This document shows positions 54,407 through 63,685 of a stretch of 64,000 nt of DNA, piece by piece. Location: positions 224,001-288,000 of the forward strand of contig CAVYSW010000010.1 of NCBI GenBank assembly GCA_963771275.1, read 5' to 3'. Origin of the DNA: an uncultured Gemmatimonadales bacterium (lineage in GTDB: Bacteria > Gemmatimonadota > Gemmatimonadetes > Gemmatimonadales > GWC2-71-9). A program made the position numbers and the translations under genes. Positions within the stretch are counted from its first letter, which is position 1, and each line of letters begins with the position of its first letter. The notes below the pieces were generated by a model, which searched no databases, had not been told where the DNA came from, and saw nothing but the letters and a program-made list of their open reading frames with translations.

Positions 54407-55528
54407 CTGCGGCGCCTGCTGCCGGTCCTGCTGCTGGCCGCCCCGGCGCCGGCTCTGGCGCAGGGTGCCCTGCAGGCCGCCGGACGCGTGCTGCGGGGCG
54501 GCGCGGCGGACTCCGTGCCGGTCGCAGGGAGCTGGGTCGTGCTGCACGAGGTGACGATGCACGGCGGCGGCCCCGTCGATTCGGCGCGCACCGACCCCGA
54601 GGGGCGCTACCGGCTCGGCGTGGCCCGCAGCGACAGCGCGGCCCTCTACATGGTCAGCATCACGTACGAAGGGGTGACGTACTTCTCGGACGCGCTGCAC
54701 CGCCGTCAGGTGCGGGACACGATCCCGGCGCTGGTGGTGTTCGACACGTCGAGCGTGGCGCCGCCGATCACCGTCGGGCAGCGGCATGTCGTGGTGCGCG
54801 CCGCCGGAGAGGGAGGCGCGCGCAGCGTGCTCGAGCTGGTGATGCTCGAGAACCCGGGGACCCGCACGCGCATCGCCGGGGACTCGACGCAGCCGCTCTG
54901 GTCGGCGGCCTTGCCCGCCGGCGTCACGGAGTTCCAGGTCGGCCAGAGTGACGTGAGCGCCGACGCGATCGTGCGGGTGGGCGACAGCGTGTTCGTGACG
55001 GCGCCGATCCCCCCCGGTCAGAAGCAGATCGTCTTCACGTACGCGCTCCCCGCCGGCAACGAGCTGCGGCTCCCGCTGCAGGCGGCGACCGCGCGGGTGC
55101 TGGTGCTGCTGGAGGACACCGCCGCGACCCTGGTGAGCGGCCCGCTCACGCGGCGCGGCGTCGAGACGTTCGAGGACTCGCATTTCGCGCTGTTCGACGG
55201 CGTCGTGCCGCCGGGCGGTGGGGTCGCCGTGTTCCGGTTCACCGGCCAAAGGCGCAACCCGACCACGCTCGTCGTGACGCTCGTGATCGTCCTCGCGGCC
55301 GTGGCCCTGCTCGGCACGCTGCCCCTGCTGCTGCGGCGGCGCGCGGCCGTGCCGATCCCCGCGGGCCCCGAGACCCCCGAGACGCTCGCGCGGCAGATCG
55401 CGGCCCTGGACCGCGCGTTCGAGCAGGGATCGCACACGGCGGCGGAGGAAGCGGGATACCGCGCGCGGCGCCAGCAGCTCAAGCAGCAACTGCAAGCCGC
55501 TCTTGCGACGCGGCGCGCGGGATCGTAG
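54407..55528 (+). CDS. Hypothetical exported single-pass membrane protein (start uncertain)
   Basis: Signal peptide ending ALA|Q, carboxypeptidase-regulatory-like RTDPEGRY, C-terminal TM helix followed by a short helical tail. Confidence 0.65.
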   Translation: MRRLLPVLLLAAPAPALAQGALQAAGRVLRGGAADSVPVAGSWVVLHEVTMHGGGPVDSARTDPEGRYRLGVARSDSAALYMVSITYEGVTYFSDALHRRQVRDTIPALVVFDTSSVAPPITVGQRHVVVRAAGEGGARSVLELVMLENPGTRTRIAGDSTQPLWSAALPAGVTEFQVGQSDVSADAIVRVGDSVFVTAPIPPGQKQIVFTYALPAGNELRLPLQAATARVLVLLEDTAATLVSGPLTRRGVETFEDSHFALFDGVVPPGGGVAVFRFTGQRRNPTTLVVTLVIVLAAVALLGTLPLLLRRRAAVPIPAGPETPETLARQIAALDRAFEQGSHTAAEEAGYRARRQQLKQQLQAALATRRAGS

Positions 55529-55697
55529 GTTCCCGCCCGGTACACAACTGAGGCTGCACCCCGCGGACGCGGAGCACGGAAGCCGGTGTGATTCCGGCGC
55601 GGCCCCGCCACTGTAACGGGCAGACAGCACGGCTCACGCGCCACTGGGACATCCCGGGAAGGCGAGCCGGGCGCCCGAAGCCAGGAGACGTTCCCGT
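55517..55697 (+). promoter_or_regulatory. Cobalamin (B12) riboswitch
   Basis: GGAAgccGGTGtgAtTCCggcgCgGCCCcGCCACTGTAA, GCCACTG...GGGAAGGC, B12 box AAGCCAGGAGAC; P1 55517-26 pairs with 55688-97; upstream of btu genes. Confidence 0.92.
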
Positions 55698-55793
55698 TCG
55701 CGCCACCCTGAGCCCTCGCGGGAGGGACGGTGGAGCGACGCGTAAAACTCGGAGACGCGCTCGACCGCCGGACACCAGGAGGTCGGGCGCGTC

Positions 55794-56654
55794 GTGCGTT
55801 TCGCCGGCCGTAACGCCGCGCGGGCGGCGACTGCCGCGATCCTGGCGGCCGCGGCGGTGGGCTGCGCGCCGGCCGGGCGGGTCGCCGACCGGCCGGCCCA
55901 CCGCGTCGTGTCCCTCGCCCCGTCCATCACGGAGCTGCTGTTCGCGATCGGCGCGGGCGACCGCGTGGTCGGTCGCACGACGTGGTGTGACTACCCTCCT
56001 GAGGCCCTGTCGGTCGCGAGCGTCGGCGACGGGCTGCACCCCAACGTCGAGGCGATCGTCGCGCGGCGTCCGGACCTGGTCCTGCTCTACACGTCGCCCA
56101 GCAACGGTGCGGCGGTCGAGCGCCTGCGGGCGCTGGGCCTCGCGACGGACACTATCCGGATGGATCGCCTGGCCGACGTCGTCACCGGTGCCCGGCGGTT
56201 CGGCCGCCTCACGGGGACCGCGCGGCGGGCCGACAGCCTCGCCGCGGCGTTCGCGGCGGCGCTCGACTCCGCCCGCGCGGCGCCGATCTCGGGGCCGCGC
56301 GCCCGCGTCGTGCTGCTCGCCTGGGACGCGCCGCCGGTGGTGATCGGCGGCGGCAGCTTCCAGCACGAGCTGGTGGCGCTGGCCGGCGCCGACAACGTGT
56401 TCGGGGACCTGGCCCGGGCGTCGGGGCAGGTGAGCATCGAGACGATCGCGGCCCGCGACCCCGACCTCGTCGTGCTGCTGGGCGAGACGGCGCCGCAGCC
56501 CGCGTGGGCCGCGCGTCCCGAATGGCAGGTCGTACGCGCGGTCCGTGAACGCCGGTTCGTGCGCCTCACGGGGAGCGCGTTCGCGCGGCCGACGTTCCGG
56601 GCGCTCGCCGCCGTTCGCGAGCTCCGCGCGGCGATCGGGGAGGCGCTGCGATGA
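55794..56654 (+). CDS. btuF: Cobalamin ABC transporter substrate-binding lipoprotein
   Basis: Lipobox AVGC; RVVSLAPSITELLFAIG, CDYP, PNVEAI; follows B12 riboswitch. Confidence 0.85.
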   Translation: MRFAGRNAARAATAAILAAAAVGCAPAGRVADRPAHRVVSLAPSITELLFAIGAGDRVVGRTTWCDYPPEALSVASVGDGLHPNVEAIVARRPDLVLLYTSPSNGAAVERLRALGLATDTIRMDRLADVVTGARRFGRLTGTARRADSLAAAFAAALDSARAAPISGPRARVVLLAWDAPPVVIGGGSFQHELVALAGADNVFGDLARASGQVSIETIAARDPDLVVLLGETAPQPAWAARPEWQVVRAVRERRFVRLTGSAFARPTFRALAAVRELRAAIGEALR

Positions 56655-57622
56655 GGCGCTGGGCCGCGCTCGGCGCGCTCGCGATCGTCGTGCTCGCCAC
56701 GGGGGTCCTGGTGGGGCCGGCCGGCCTGGCGCCGGGCGCCGCGCTGCGCGGCCTGCTCGGCCAGGGAGACGCCACGACGATCGCCATCGTGCGCGATCTC
56801 CGCGTGCCGCGCGCGGTGCTCGCGTTTCTGGTGGGCGGGAGCCTCGCCGTGACGGGCGCCGTGCTCCAGGCCCTGGTGCGGAATCCGCTCGCCGATCCCT
56901 ACCTGCTCGGCCTCTCCGGGGGCGCCGGCTTGGGGGCCGTCCTCGCCATCACGCTGGGCATCGGCGGCGCGTGGGCGCTTCCGGCGGCGGCCGCGCTCGG
57001 CGCGCTCGCGGCGATCGCCCTGGTCTACCGCCTCGCCGTGGTGGCCGGCGCGGTGCTCGACACGCGGGTCCTGCTGCTCGGCGGTGTCGTCGTGGGCGCC
57101 TTCGCCGCCGCGCTGATGGGGGCCGTGCTCGCCCTCTCGCCCGCGGAAGACCTGCGGAGCGCGCTGCTCTGGCTGCTCGGTGGCTTCGACGCCGCCTCGT
57201 GGCGCACGCTCGGCATCTTCGCCGCCTACGCCGCCGTGCCGCTCGTGCTGCTCTATCGCGCCAGCCGCCCGCTCGACCTGCTCTCGCTCGGCGAGGAGCC
57301 GGCGCGGTTTCTCGGCGCGGACGTGGAGCCGCTGAAGCGCCTCCTCTACGTGGCGGCGTCGCTGCTCACCGCCGCCGCGGTCGCGGTGGCCGGCATCATC
57401 GGGTTCGTCGGGCTCGTGGTGCCGCACGCGATCCGGCTGCTCTGGGGCCACTCCCACCGCACGCTGCTGCCGGCGGCGTTCGTGCTGGGTGGCGCCCTGC
57501 TGTGCGCCGCCGACGCGCTGGCGCGCACCGCGTTCGCGCCGCTCACCCTCCCCGTCGGCGTCGTGACGGCGATCCTCGGCGTTCCCGTGTTCGCGGTCCT
57601 GGTGCGGCGGTGGAGCGCATGA
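56651..57622 (+). CDS. btuC: Cobalamin ABC transporter permease (FecCD family)
   Basis: LRVPR, QALVRNPLADPYLLG, LGEE.A..LG, IGFVGLVVPH. Confidence 0.85.
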   Translation: MRRWAALGALAIVVLATGVLVGPAGLAPGAALRGLLGQGDATTIAIVRDLRVPRAVLAFLVGGSLAVTGAVLQALVRNPLADPYLLGLSGGAGLGAVLAITLGIGGAWALPAAAALGALAAIALVYRLAVVAGAVLDTRVLLLGGVVVGAFAAALMGAVLALSPAEDLRSALLWLLGGFDAASWRTLGIFAAYAAVPLVLLYRASRPLDLLSLGEEPARFLGADVEPLKRLLYVAASLLTAAAVAVAGIIGFVGLVVPHAIRLLWGHSHRTLLPAAFVLGGALLCAADALARTAFAPLTLPVGVVTAILGVPVFAVLVRRWSA

Positions 57623-58443
57623 TCTTCGAGGCGCGCGGCGCCGACTACCGCTACCCCGGGGCCGCGGCCGCCGCGGTGACCGGCGCCGATCTCCGCGTGG
57701 CGCGCGGCGAGCTGGTGGGGATCATCGGGCCCAACGGAAGCGGCAAGACGACGCTGCTGCGTCTCCTGCTCGGCGTCCTCGCTCCCACGGCGGGGCACGT
57801 GCTCGCGTTCGGGAAGCCGGCGGCGAGCTGGCGCCGGCGCGAGCTGGCGCGCCGGGTGGCCGTCGTGGTGCAGCGCGAGGAGCCGGTGTTCCCGTTGCGG
57901 GTGCGCGAGGCGGTCACGCTCGGCCGCTATCCCCACCTGGGTCCGTTCCAGCCCCTCGGGCCGCGCGACCGGGACGTCGTCGCCGAGGCACTCGCCCGCG
58001 CCGACGCGACCGACCTCGCGGACCGCTGGATCGCCACGCTCTCGGGGGGCGAGTGGCAGCGCGTGCGGATCGCCCGCGCGCTGGCGCAGCAGCCCGAGGC
58101 GCTGGTGCTCGACGAGGCGACCGCGAACCTCGACCTGCGCCACGAGATGGAGGCGTTCGAGCTCGTGGCCGCCCTGGTGCGCGATCGGGGTCTCACGGGC
58201 GTGCTGGTCTCGCACCATTTCAACCTGGTTGCGCGGTTCGCGGACCGGGTCATCGTGCTCGCGCGCGGTGCGGTGGTGGCGGCCGGCCCCCCGGTGGAGG
58301 CGCTCACCGGCGACGTGGTCGAGCGGGTGTTCGAGTGGCCGGTGGACGTGCTCGCTTGGCGCGGGACGCGACAGTTCATACCGATGCGACGACGGGATGC
58401 GACGATGCCTCCGCGCGCAGAACGTGAAAGGAGCGAGCGATGA
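57619..58443 (+). CDS. btuD: Cobalamin ABC transporter ATPase
   Basis: GPNGSGKT, LSGGE, LDE; in btu operon. Confidence 0.85.
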   Translation: MIFEARGADYRYPGAAAAAVTGADLRVARGELVGIIGPNGSGKTTLLRLLLGVLAPTAGHVLAFGKPAASWRRRELARRVAVVVQREEPVFPLRVREAVTLGRYPHLGPFQPLGPRDRDVVAEALARADATDLADRWIATLSGGEWQRVRIARALAQQPEALVLDEATANLDLRHEMEAFELVAALVRDRGLTGVLVSHHFNLVARFADRVIVLARGAVVAAGPPVEALTGDVVERVFEWPVDVLAWRGTRQFIPMRRRDATMPPRAERERSER

Positions 58444-60398
58444 CGGGTGGACGGACGGCGCGCGTACTGGGACTGGTGCTCGGGGTCGCCGCCGGTCCGC
58501 TTGGCGCCCAGCAGCGCGGCGACACGGTTGCGCTTGCCCCGATCGTCATCACGGCCACCTCGGTGCCCACGGCGGCGGACCGCCTGTCCAGCCGCGTCAC
58601 GGTCATCACGGCGGAGGACCTGGCGCGCGCGGGCGTGCATACCGTGGCCGACGCCCTCGCCGGCCTGGTCGGGCTCGCGGTGGCGCGCACGGGGCCGTAC
58701 GGGTCCGGCACGTCGGTCTTCATCCGGGGCGGCGAGAGCGACTACGTGAAGGTGCTGGTGGACGGCGTTCCCGTGAACGACCCCGGCGGCGCCTACGACT
58801 TCGCGCACCTCACCGTGGATGCCGTGGATCGGATCGAGGTGGTCCGGGGGCCGGTGAGCGTGCTGTACGGCTCGGACGCGGTGGCGGGCGTCGTGCAGAT
58901 CGTCACGCGCGCGCGGGGGTCGCGCCTCGACGGCGGCGCGCGGGCGGGCAGCTACGGGACGGTGGACGCGGATGCCTCGGTGGGCGTCGACCGCGGCGCC
59001 CTCGCCCTGGCGCTGACCGCGCGACACCTGGCGTCCGACGGGCCGTATGCGTTCAACGGCGCGTACGACAACCGGGTGCTGGGGGGACACCTCCGCGTCA
59101 CGCCCGACGCGCGCACGACGCTCGATCTCTCGCTCCGGAGCTCGGATGCCGACTATCACTTCCCGACGGACGGCGCGGGCAACGTCGTGGACCGCGACCA
59201 GCACCAGGTGAGCCAGGCGCTCTCGCTCGGGCTCACCGCGGTCCGGCGGCTCCGCGGGCGGGCGGTGCTGCGGGTGGCGCTCGCCAGCCATGCCGGAGAC
59301 GGCGGGATCGAGGATGGCCCGGACGGGCCGGGGGATACGCTCGGGGTCTTCGCGTATCACAGCCGGCAGGATGTGACCCGGCATGGTCTCGACGGGCGCG
59401 TGACCATTCCGCTGGGGCGCGCGAGCGCGGTCACGGTCGGCGCCGCGCTCGAGGATCAGCGGGCCCGGGGGGCAAGCGTAGCGGAGAGCGAGTTCGGACC
59501 GTTCGGCGACACGGCCGACGTGCGACGCCGCAACTGGGCGGGCTACGGCGAGCTCGACACTGGGGTGGGGCCCTTCGCGCTCACGGCCGGAGCGCGCGTC
59601 GATCGCAACCAACGGTTCGGCACGTTCGCCACGTGGCGCGGTGGTGCGTCGTGGGCCGCGGGGCACGGCTGGCGCGTCTATGCCTCCGCGGGGACGGCGT
59701 TCAAGGAACCCACGTTCTTCGAGCAGTTCGGCGGCGGCTTCGTGATCGGCAACCCGGCGCTCGCGCCGGAGCGCACCACCAGTTGGGAGATCGGCACGGA
59801 GGGGGTCATGCTCGCCGGGCGCGTGCGGGCGTCCGCCTCGTATTTCGGGCAGCGATTCCGCGACCTGATTCAGTTCACGTCCGCCGCCGGCGCGCCCGAC
59901 GCGCCGAACTACGTGAACGTCGCGGCGGCCGACGCCGACGGGCTCGAGCTGGAGGTGAGCCTCGTGCCCGTTGCCGGCACGCGGCTCCGCGCCCATTACA
60001 CGTATCTGCGCACGCGAGTCACCGATGGAGGCGTCCTGCCGGACGATGACGCCGCATTCCGCACCGGCGGCAGCCTGCTGCGTCGCCCCACGCACAGCGC
60101 CGGTCTCGACGGCGACGCGCGCTGGGGTCGGGTCTCCAGCTACGCGGCGCTGCGCTGGACCGGCAGTCGAGCGGATGCGGATTTCGCCGCCTTCCCGGCG
60201 GCCCGCGTCACGCTCCCCGCCGTGGCGGTCGCGGATCTTGCGGCGGAGCTGCGCGTGACCAGCGCCGTGGGCGCGCTCCCCGTGTTCACGCTCACCGCAC
60301 GCGTCGAGAACGTGCTTGACGCGCGGTATCAGATGGCGTTCGGCTTCCCGGCGCTGGGAAGGACGGTGCTGGTGGGAGGGCGCGTCGGCATGCGATGA
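58440..60398 (+). CDS. btuB: TonB-dependent receptor, probably for B12
   Basis: TonB box IVITAT, plug motifs FIRGG, VLVDG, RIEVVRGP.S.LYGSDA; barrel FKEPT, LAPE, VENVLD. Confidence 0.85.
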   Translation: MTGGRTARVLGLVLGVAAGPLGAQQRGDTVALAPIVITATSVPTAADRLSSRVTVITAEDLARAGVHTVADALAGLVGLAVARTGPYGSGTSVFIRGGESDYVKVLVDGVPVNDPGGAYDFAHLTVDAVDRIEVVRGPVSVLYGSDAVAGVVQIVTRARGSRLDGGARAGSYGTVDADASVGVDRGALALALTARHLASDGPYAFNGAYDNRVLGGHLRVTPDARTTLDLSLRSSDADYHFPTDGAGNVVDRDQHQVSQALSLGLTAVRRLRGRAVLRVALASHAGDGGIEDGPDGPGDTLGVFAYHSRQDVTRHGLDGRVTIPLGRASAVTVGAALEDQRARGASVAESEFGPFGDTADVRRRNWAGYGELDTGVGPFALTAGARVDRNQRFGTFATWRGGASWAAGHGWRVYASAGTAFKEPTFFEQFGGGFVIGNPALAPERTTSWEIGTEGVMLAGRVRASASYFGQRFRDLIQFTSAAGAPDAPNYVNVAAADADGLELEVSLVPVAGTRLRAHYTYLRTRVTDGGVLPDDDAAFRTGGSLLRRPTHSAGLDGDARWGRVSSYAALRWTGSRADADFAAFPAARVTLPAVAVADLAAELRVTSAVGALPVFTLTARVENVLDARYQMAFGFPALGRTVLVGGRVGMR

Positions 60399-60467
60399 GG
60401 ATAGGGCGCGCAGCGGGGCGGCGGGGCAGGGAAGTCGCGGGACCGCTCCATCTCTGTCCTCTGCTCC

Positions 60468-60507
60468 CTGCCGCTCCTGCCGCTGCTGCCGCTGCTGCCG
60501 CTCCTGC
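60468..60507 (+). repeat. Intergenic 9-bp tandem repeat (CTGCCGCTS) x ~4.5
   Basis: CTGCCGCTC CTGCCGCTG CTGCCGCTG CTGCCGCTC CTGC. Confidence 0.9.
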
Positions 60508-60526
60508 GACTGTATCTTCCACCGGC

Positions 60527-61267
60527 ATGCTCGTCTCCACCCCCGCCGTCGTGCTGCACGCCTTCCCCTATGGCGAGACCTCGAGGATCGCCCGCCTGGC
60601 GACGCCGGACTTCGGAGTCCAGAGCGTGATCGCCAAAGGCGCCCTGCGGCCCCGCAGCCCGTTCGGCGGGCGGCTCCAGGCGCTGAGCGAGGGCACGGCG
60701 CAGTTCTATCATCGAGCGCATCGCGATCTCCACACACTGCGCGCGTTCGACGTGACCGACCAGCACGCGACGCTGGCGGCGGACGTCGCCCGGTACGCGG
60801 CCGCGACGGCGCTCGCGGAGCTGGTGCTGCGATTCGCGCAGGAGGAGCCCCAGCCGAGCGTCTATGAGGGGCTTTCCTCCGCGCTGCACGTGCTGAGTAC
60901 GGCCGACGCGGCGGCGGTGCCCTATGCGGCGCTCGCCGCCCTGTGGCACGAAATCGTGGTGCTGGGGTTCGCTCCCACAGTGGACGTCTGCGTGCGATGT
61001 GGGCGCCCGCTCGCCGCCCGCGCCCCCTTCTCGCTCGGCGACGGCGGCCTGCTGTGCGCGCGCTGCGCGCGCGGGGCGGGGCGGGGCGCGCTCGGCCCCG
61101 ACGACCGGCTGGCGCTCCGGGCCTTCGTGGCCGGCTCCTACGCGGTGCCGCCGCTCTCGACGCCGCACCTCGCGGCGCACCGCCGCCTGTTTGCCCGCTT
61201 CGTGCGCCGCCACGTCGCCGACGAGCTGGAGCTGCCGGCGCTGATCTTCTGGGAGAGCCTCGCGTGA
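60527..61267 (+). CDS. recO: DNA repair protein RecO
   Basis: AVVL...YGETSRI..L.T..G....IAKGA..P.S.FGG.L; Zn finger CVRC...LLCARC. Confidence 0.9.
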   Translation: MLVSTPAVVLHAFPYGETSRIARLATPDFGVQSVIAKGALRPRSPFGGRLQALSEGTAQFYHRAHRDLHTLRAFDVTDQHATLAADVARYAAATALAELVLRFAQEEPQPSVYEGLSSALHVLSTADAAAVPYAALAALWHEIVVLGFAPTVDVCVRCGRPLAARAPFSLGDGGLLCARCARGAGRGALGPDDRLALRAFVAGSYAVPPLSTPHLAAHRRLFARFVRRHVADELELPALIFWESLA

Positions 61268-63153
61268 GTCGGCACGTCGTGATCGGGACCGCCGGGCACG
61301 TGGACCATGGCAAGACCGCTCTGGTCAAGGCGCTCACCGGCGTGGACACGGATCGATGGGAGGAGGAGAAGCGCCGCGGCATCACGATCGATCTTGGGTT
61401 TGCCGCGCTCGCGCTCGGCGGGGGACTGGCCGCGAGCATCGTGGATGTGCCGGGACACGAGGACTTCGTGCGCAACATGGTGGCGGGCGCCACCGGCATC
61501 GACCTCGCGCTGCTCGTGGTGGCGGCCGACGAGAGCGTGATGCCACAGACGGTCGAGCACGTCGCGATCCTCGACTTCCTGGGAGTGCGGACCGGAGTCG
61601 TGGCCCTCGCCAAGGCCGATCTCGTGGACGCCGCCTGGCTCGACCTGGTGCGCTCGGACGTCGCCGAGCGGCTCGCGGCCAGCCGGGTGCGCTGGGAGGC
61701 CATCGTGCCGGTATCCGCCGTGACGGGGGCCGGTCTGCCCGATCTGCTGGAGGCCCTGCGCCACGCTGCGGCGACGCTGCCTGAGCGCTCCGCCGACGAC
61801 CTGTTCCGTCTCCCCGTGGATCGCGCGTTCAGCGTCGCCGGCGCCGGCACGGTGGTGACGGGCACCACGTGGAGTGGCACGGTGCGGGTCGGCGGCGACG
61901 TCGCGGTCTGGCCGGGGCCGTTGGCGGCGCGCGTGCGCAGCGTGCAGGTCCACGGAGTCTCCCGGCCCACCGCGGAACCGGGGCGGCGCACGGCGCTGGC
62001 GCTCACCGGCGTCGAGCGCGACGTCGTCGCGCGCGGCAGCGTCGTGGTTGCCGGCCGGGGCTGGCGCGCGAGCGCGCGGCTTGACGTCATGCTTACCCTC
62101 CTTCCCCGCGCGCCGGTGCTGACGCAACGCTCGCGCGTGCGCGTGCATCTCGGCACGGCGGAGGTGCTGGCCCGGATCACGCCGGCCGCGGAGCGCATCG
62201 TGCCCGGGGAGACTGCGGCCGCACGCCTGCGGCTGGAGCAGCCGGTCGTCGCACGCTGGGGGGATCGGATGGTCGTCCGCTCTTACTCGCCGGTGACCAC
62301 GATCGGGGGGGCGGTGGTTGCGGATCCCTGGCCGCCGGCCCGGCCGCGACGCCCAGAGGGGCTGGAGCGTCTCTTGGGTGAGGCCGAGGAGCGACTAGCT
62401 CGCGCCGTGGAGCGCAGCGCGACCCACGGTGTGCCGCTCGCGGACTTGCCCGTCCGACTGGGGATCCCGCCGGCGGAAGTACCCGCGGTGCTGGGCCGGG
62501 TGGAGCACCGGCTGGTCACGCGGATCGACGATCGCTTGGTGGGGTCCGCCGAGGTCGCCCGGTTGCGGGACCGTGCCTTGGAGGCGCTGGCGGCCCATCA
62601 TCGCGACGAGCCGCTTGCTCCGGGGATGTCGCGCGAGGCCGTGCGCCAGAGGCTTGGCGACGCCGCGATCGCGGACCACATTCTGGCGGGCTTGGCAGCG
62701 TCGGGGGCGGTGGTGCTGGACGGTGCCACGGCGAGGCTCGCGGGACACGTGACACGGTTGGACGAGGCGACCCAACAGCTTGCCACGACGATCGGGAACG
62801 CGCTGCGCAGTGCGGGGTTTGAGGGAAAGACGGCCGCAGAATTGGCAGATTTGGGCGACCGGCAGGCCGTGGAGGCCATGCTGGAATACCTCGTCCGGGA
62901 TAAGGCCGTCACCCGGGTTGGTCGGGAACGGTTCCTTGATGCGCGGGTGGTGGAGGGGATCGTGGAACGGGTGGCCGCAATCCTGCGGGATCGAGGCGCT
63001 GTTGGCCCGGCCGATCTCCGTGACACACTTGGACTTACGCGGAAATTCTCGATTCCGCTACTGGAGTGGATGGATGGGCAGGGGTACACCGTCAGGGCGG
63101 GTGATTTCCGTCGTGAGGGGCCGCGCTTGACAAGCGGCGCGAAGAAGCCCTAA
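61264..63153 (+). CDS. selB: Selenocysteine-specific elongation factor SelB
   Basis: GTAGHVDHGKT, EEKRRGITIDLGF, DVPGHE, MPQT.EH, FRLPVDRAF, C-terminal WH LRDTLGLTRKFSIPLLE. Confidence 0.93.
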   Translation: MSRHVVIGTAGHVDHGKTALVKALTGVDTDRWEEEKRRGITIDLGFAALALGGGLAASIVDVPGHEDFVRNMVAGATGIDLALLVVAADESVMPQTVEHVAILDFLGVRTGVVALAKADLVDAAWLDLVRSDVAERLAASRVRWEAIVPVSAVTGAGLPDLLEALRHAAATLPERSADDLFRLPVDRAFSVAGAGTVVTGTTWSGTVRVGGDVAVWPGPLAARVRSVQVHGVSRPTAEPGRRTALALTGVERDVVARGSVVVAGRGWRASARLDVMLTLLPRAPVLTQRSRVRVHLGTAEVLARITPAAERIVPGETAAARLRLEQPVVARWGDRMVVRSYSPVTTIGGAVVADPWPPARPRRPEGLERLLGEAEERLARAVERSATHGVPLADLPVRLGIPPAEVPAVLGRVEHRLVTRIDDRLVGSAEVARLRDRALEALAAHHRDEPLAPGMSREAVRQRLGDAAIADHILAGLAASGAVVLDGATARLAGHVTRLDEATQQLATTIGNALRSAGFEGKTAAELADLGDRQAVEAMLEYLVRDKAVTRVGRERFLDARVVEGIVERVAAILRDRGAVGPADLRDTLGLTRKFSIPLLEWMDGQGYTVRAGDFRREGPRLTSGAKKP

Positions 63154-63156
63154 CTT
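63127..63156 (+). promoter_or_regulatory. Putative sigma70 promoter overlapping the selB end
   Basis: TTGACA (63127-32), 18-bp spacer, TAACTT (63151-56). Confidence 0.55.
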
Positions 63157-63234
63157 GTGTCCTGTCGGCTAGATAGCCCCATTCACTGCAAGGAGCAACA
63201 TCCCGAACCCTTCTTTGTCAGATAGGAGCTGTTG

Positions 63235-63660
63235 ATGAAGTTGCTTGCCTGGGCGATCGTCTCGCTTGGGCTCCTCGCAGCGGCCTCCTCGTCGGTGTCG
63301 GCGCAGGGGACGCAGCAGGCTGATCGGGTTGAGCTTCGGCAGAACTACCCGAATCCCTTCAACCCGGAAACCACGATTCCGTTCAAGCTGCCGGAGAGCT
63401 TCTTCTCCGACGGCAAGCGACCGGTTGTGAGCCTGCGTGTGTACAACGTCCTCGCACAGCTCGTCGCCGTCCCCATCCTCCAAGGGTCAGGCGAGCCCAT
63501 GGACAATCTCCAGCTCGACTGGAATGGGACGGGCGAGTACAGCGCCTACTGGGACGGGAAAGTCCTGAACAGCGACCGTGAGGCCGCGTCGGGAGTCTAT
63601 GTCTATCAGCTCGTCGTCAACGGCGAGCGCCATACCGGGAAGATGACGATTGTGAAGTAG
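63235..63660 (+). CDS. Secreted protein made of a T9SS C-terminal-sorting/FlgD-Ig-like domain only
   Basis: Signal peptide, then LRQNYPNPFNPETTI.F.L, VYNVLAQLV, WDG, ASGVYVYQL, KMTIVK. Confidence 0.8.
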   Translation: MKLLAWAIVSLGLLAAASSSVSAQGTQQADRVELRQNYPNPFNPETTIPFKLPESFFSDGKRPVVSLRVYNVLAQLVAVPILQGSGEPMDNLQLDWNGTGEYSAYWDGKVLNSDREAASGVYVYQLVVNGERHTGKMTIVK

Positions 63661-63685
63661 TGCTTCCCGCCACGCCCCATCATGC

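Noticed and set aside
57927..62198. 1423-aa minus-strand ORF and many other long antisense or alternate-frame ORFs
   Set aside because: Arg/Ala/Pro-rich shadow frames of well-supported genes; expected in very GC-rich DNA where stop codons are rare.
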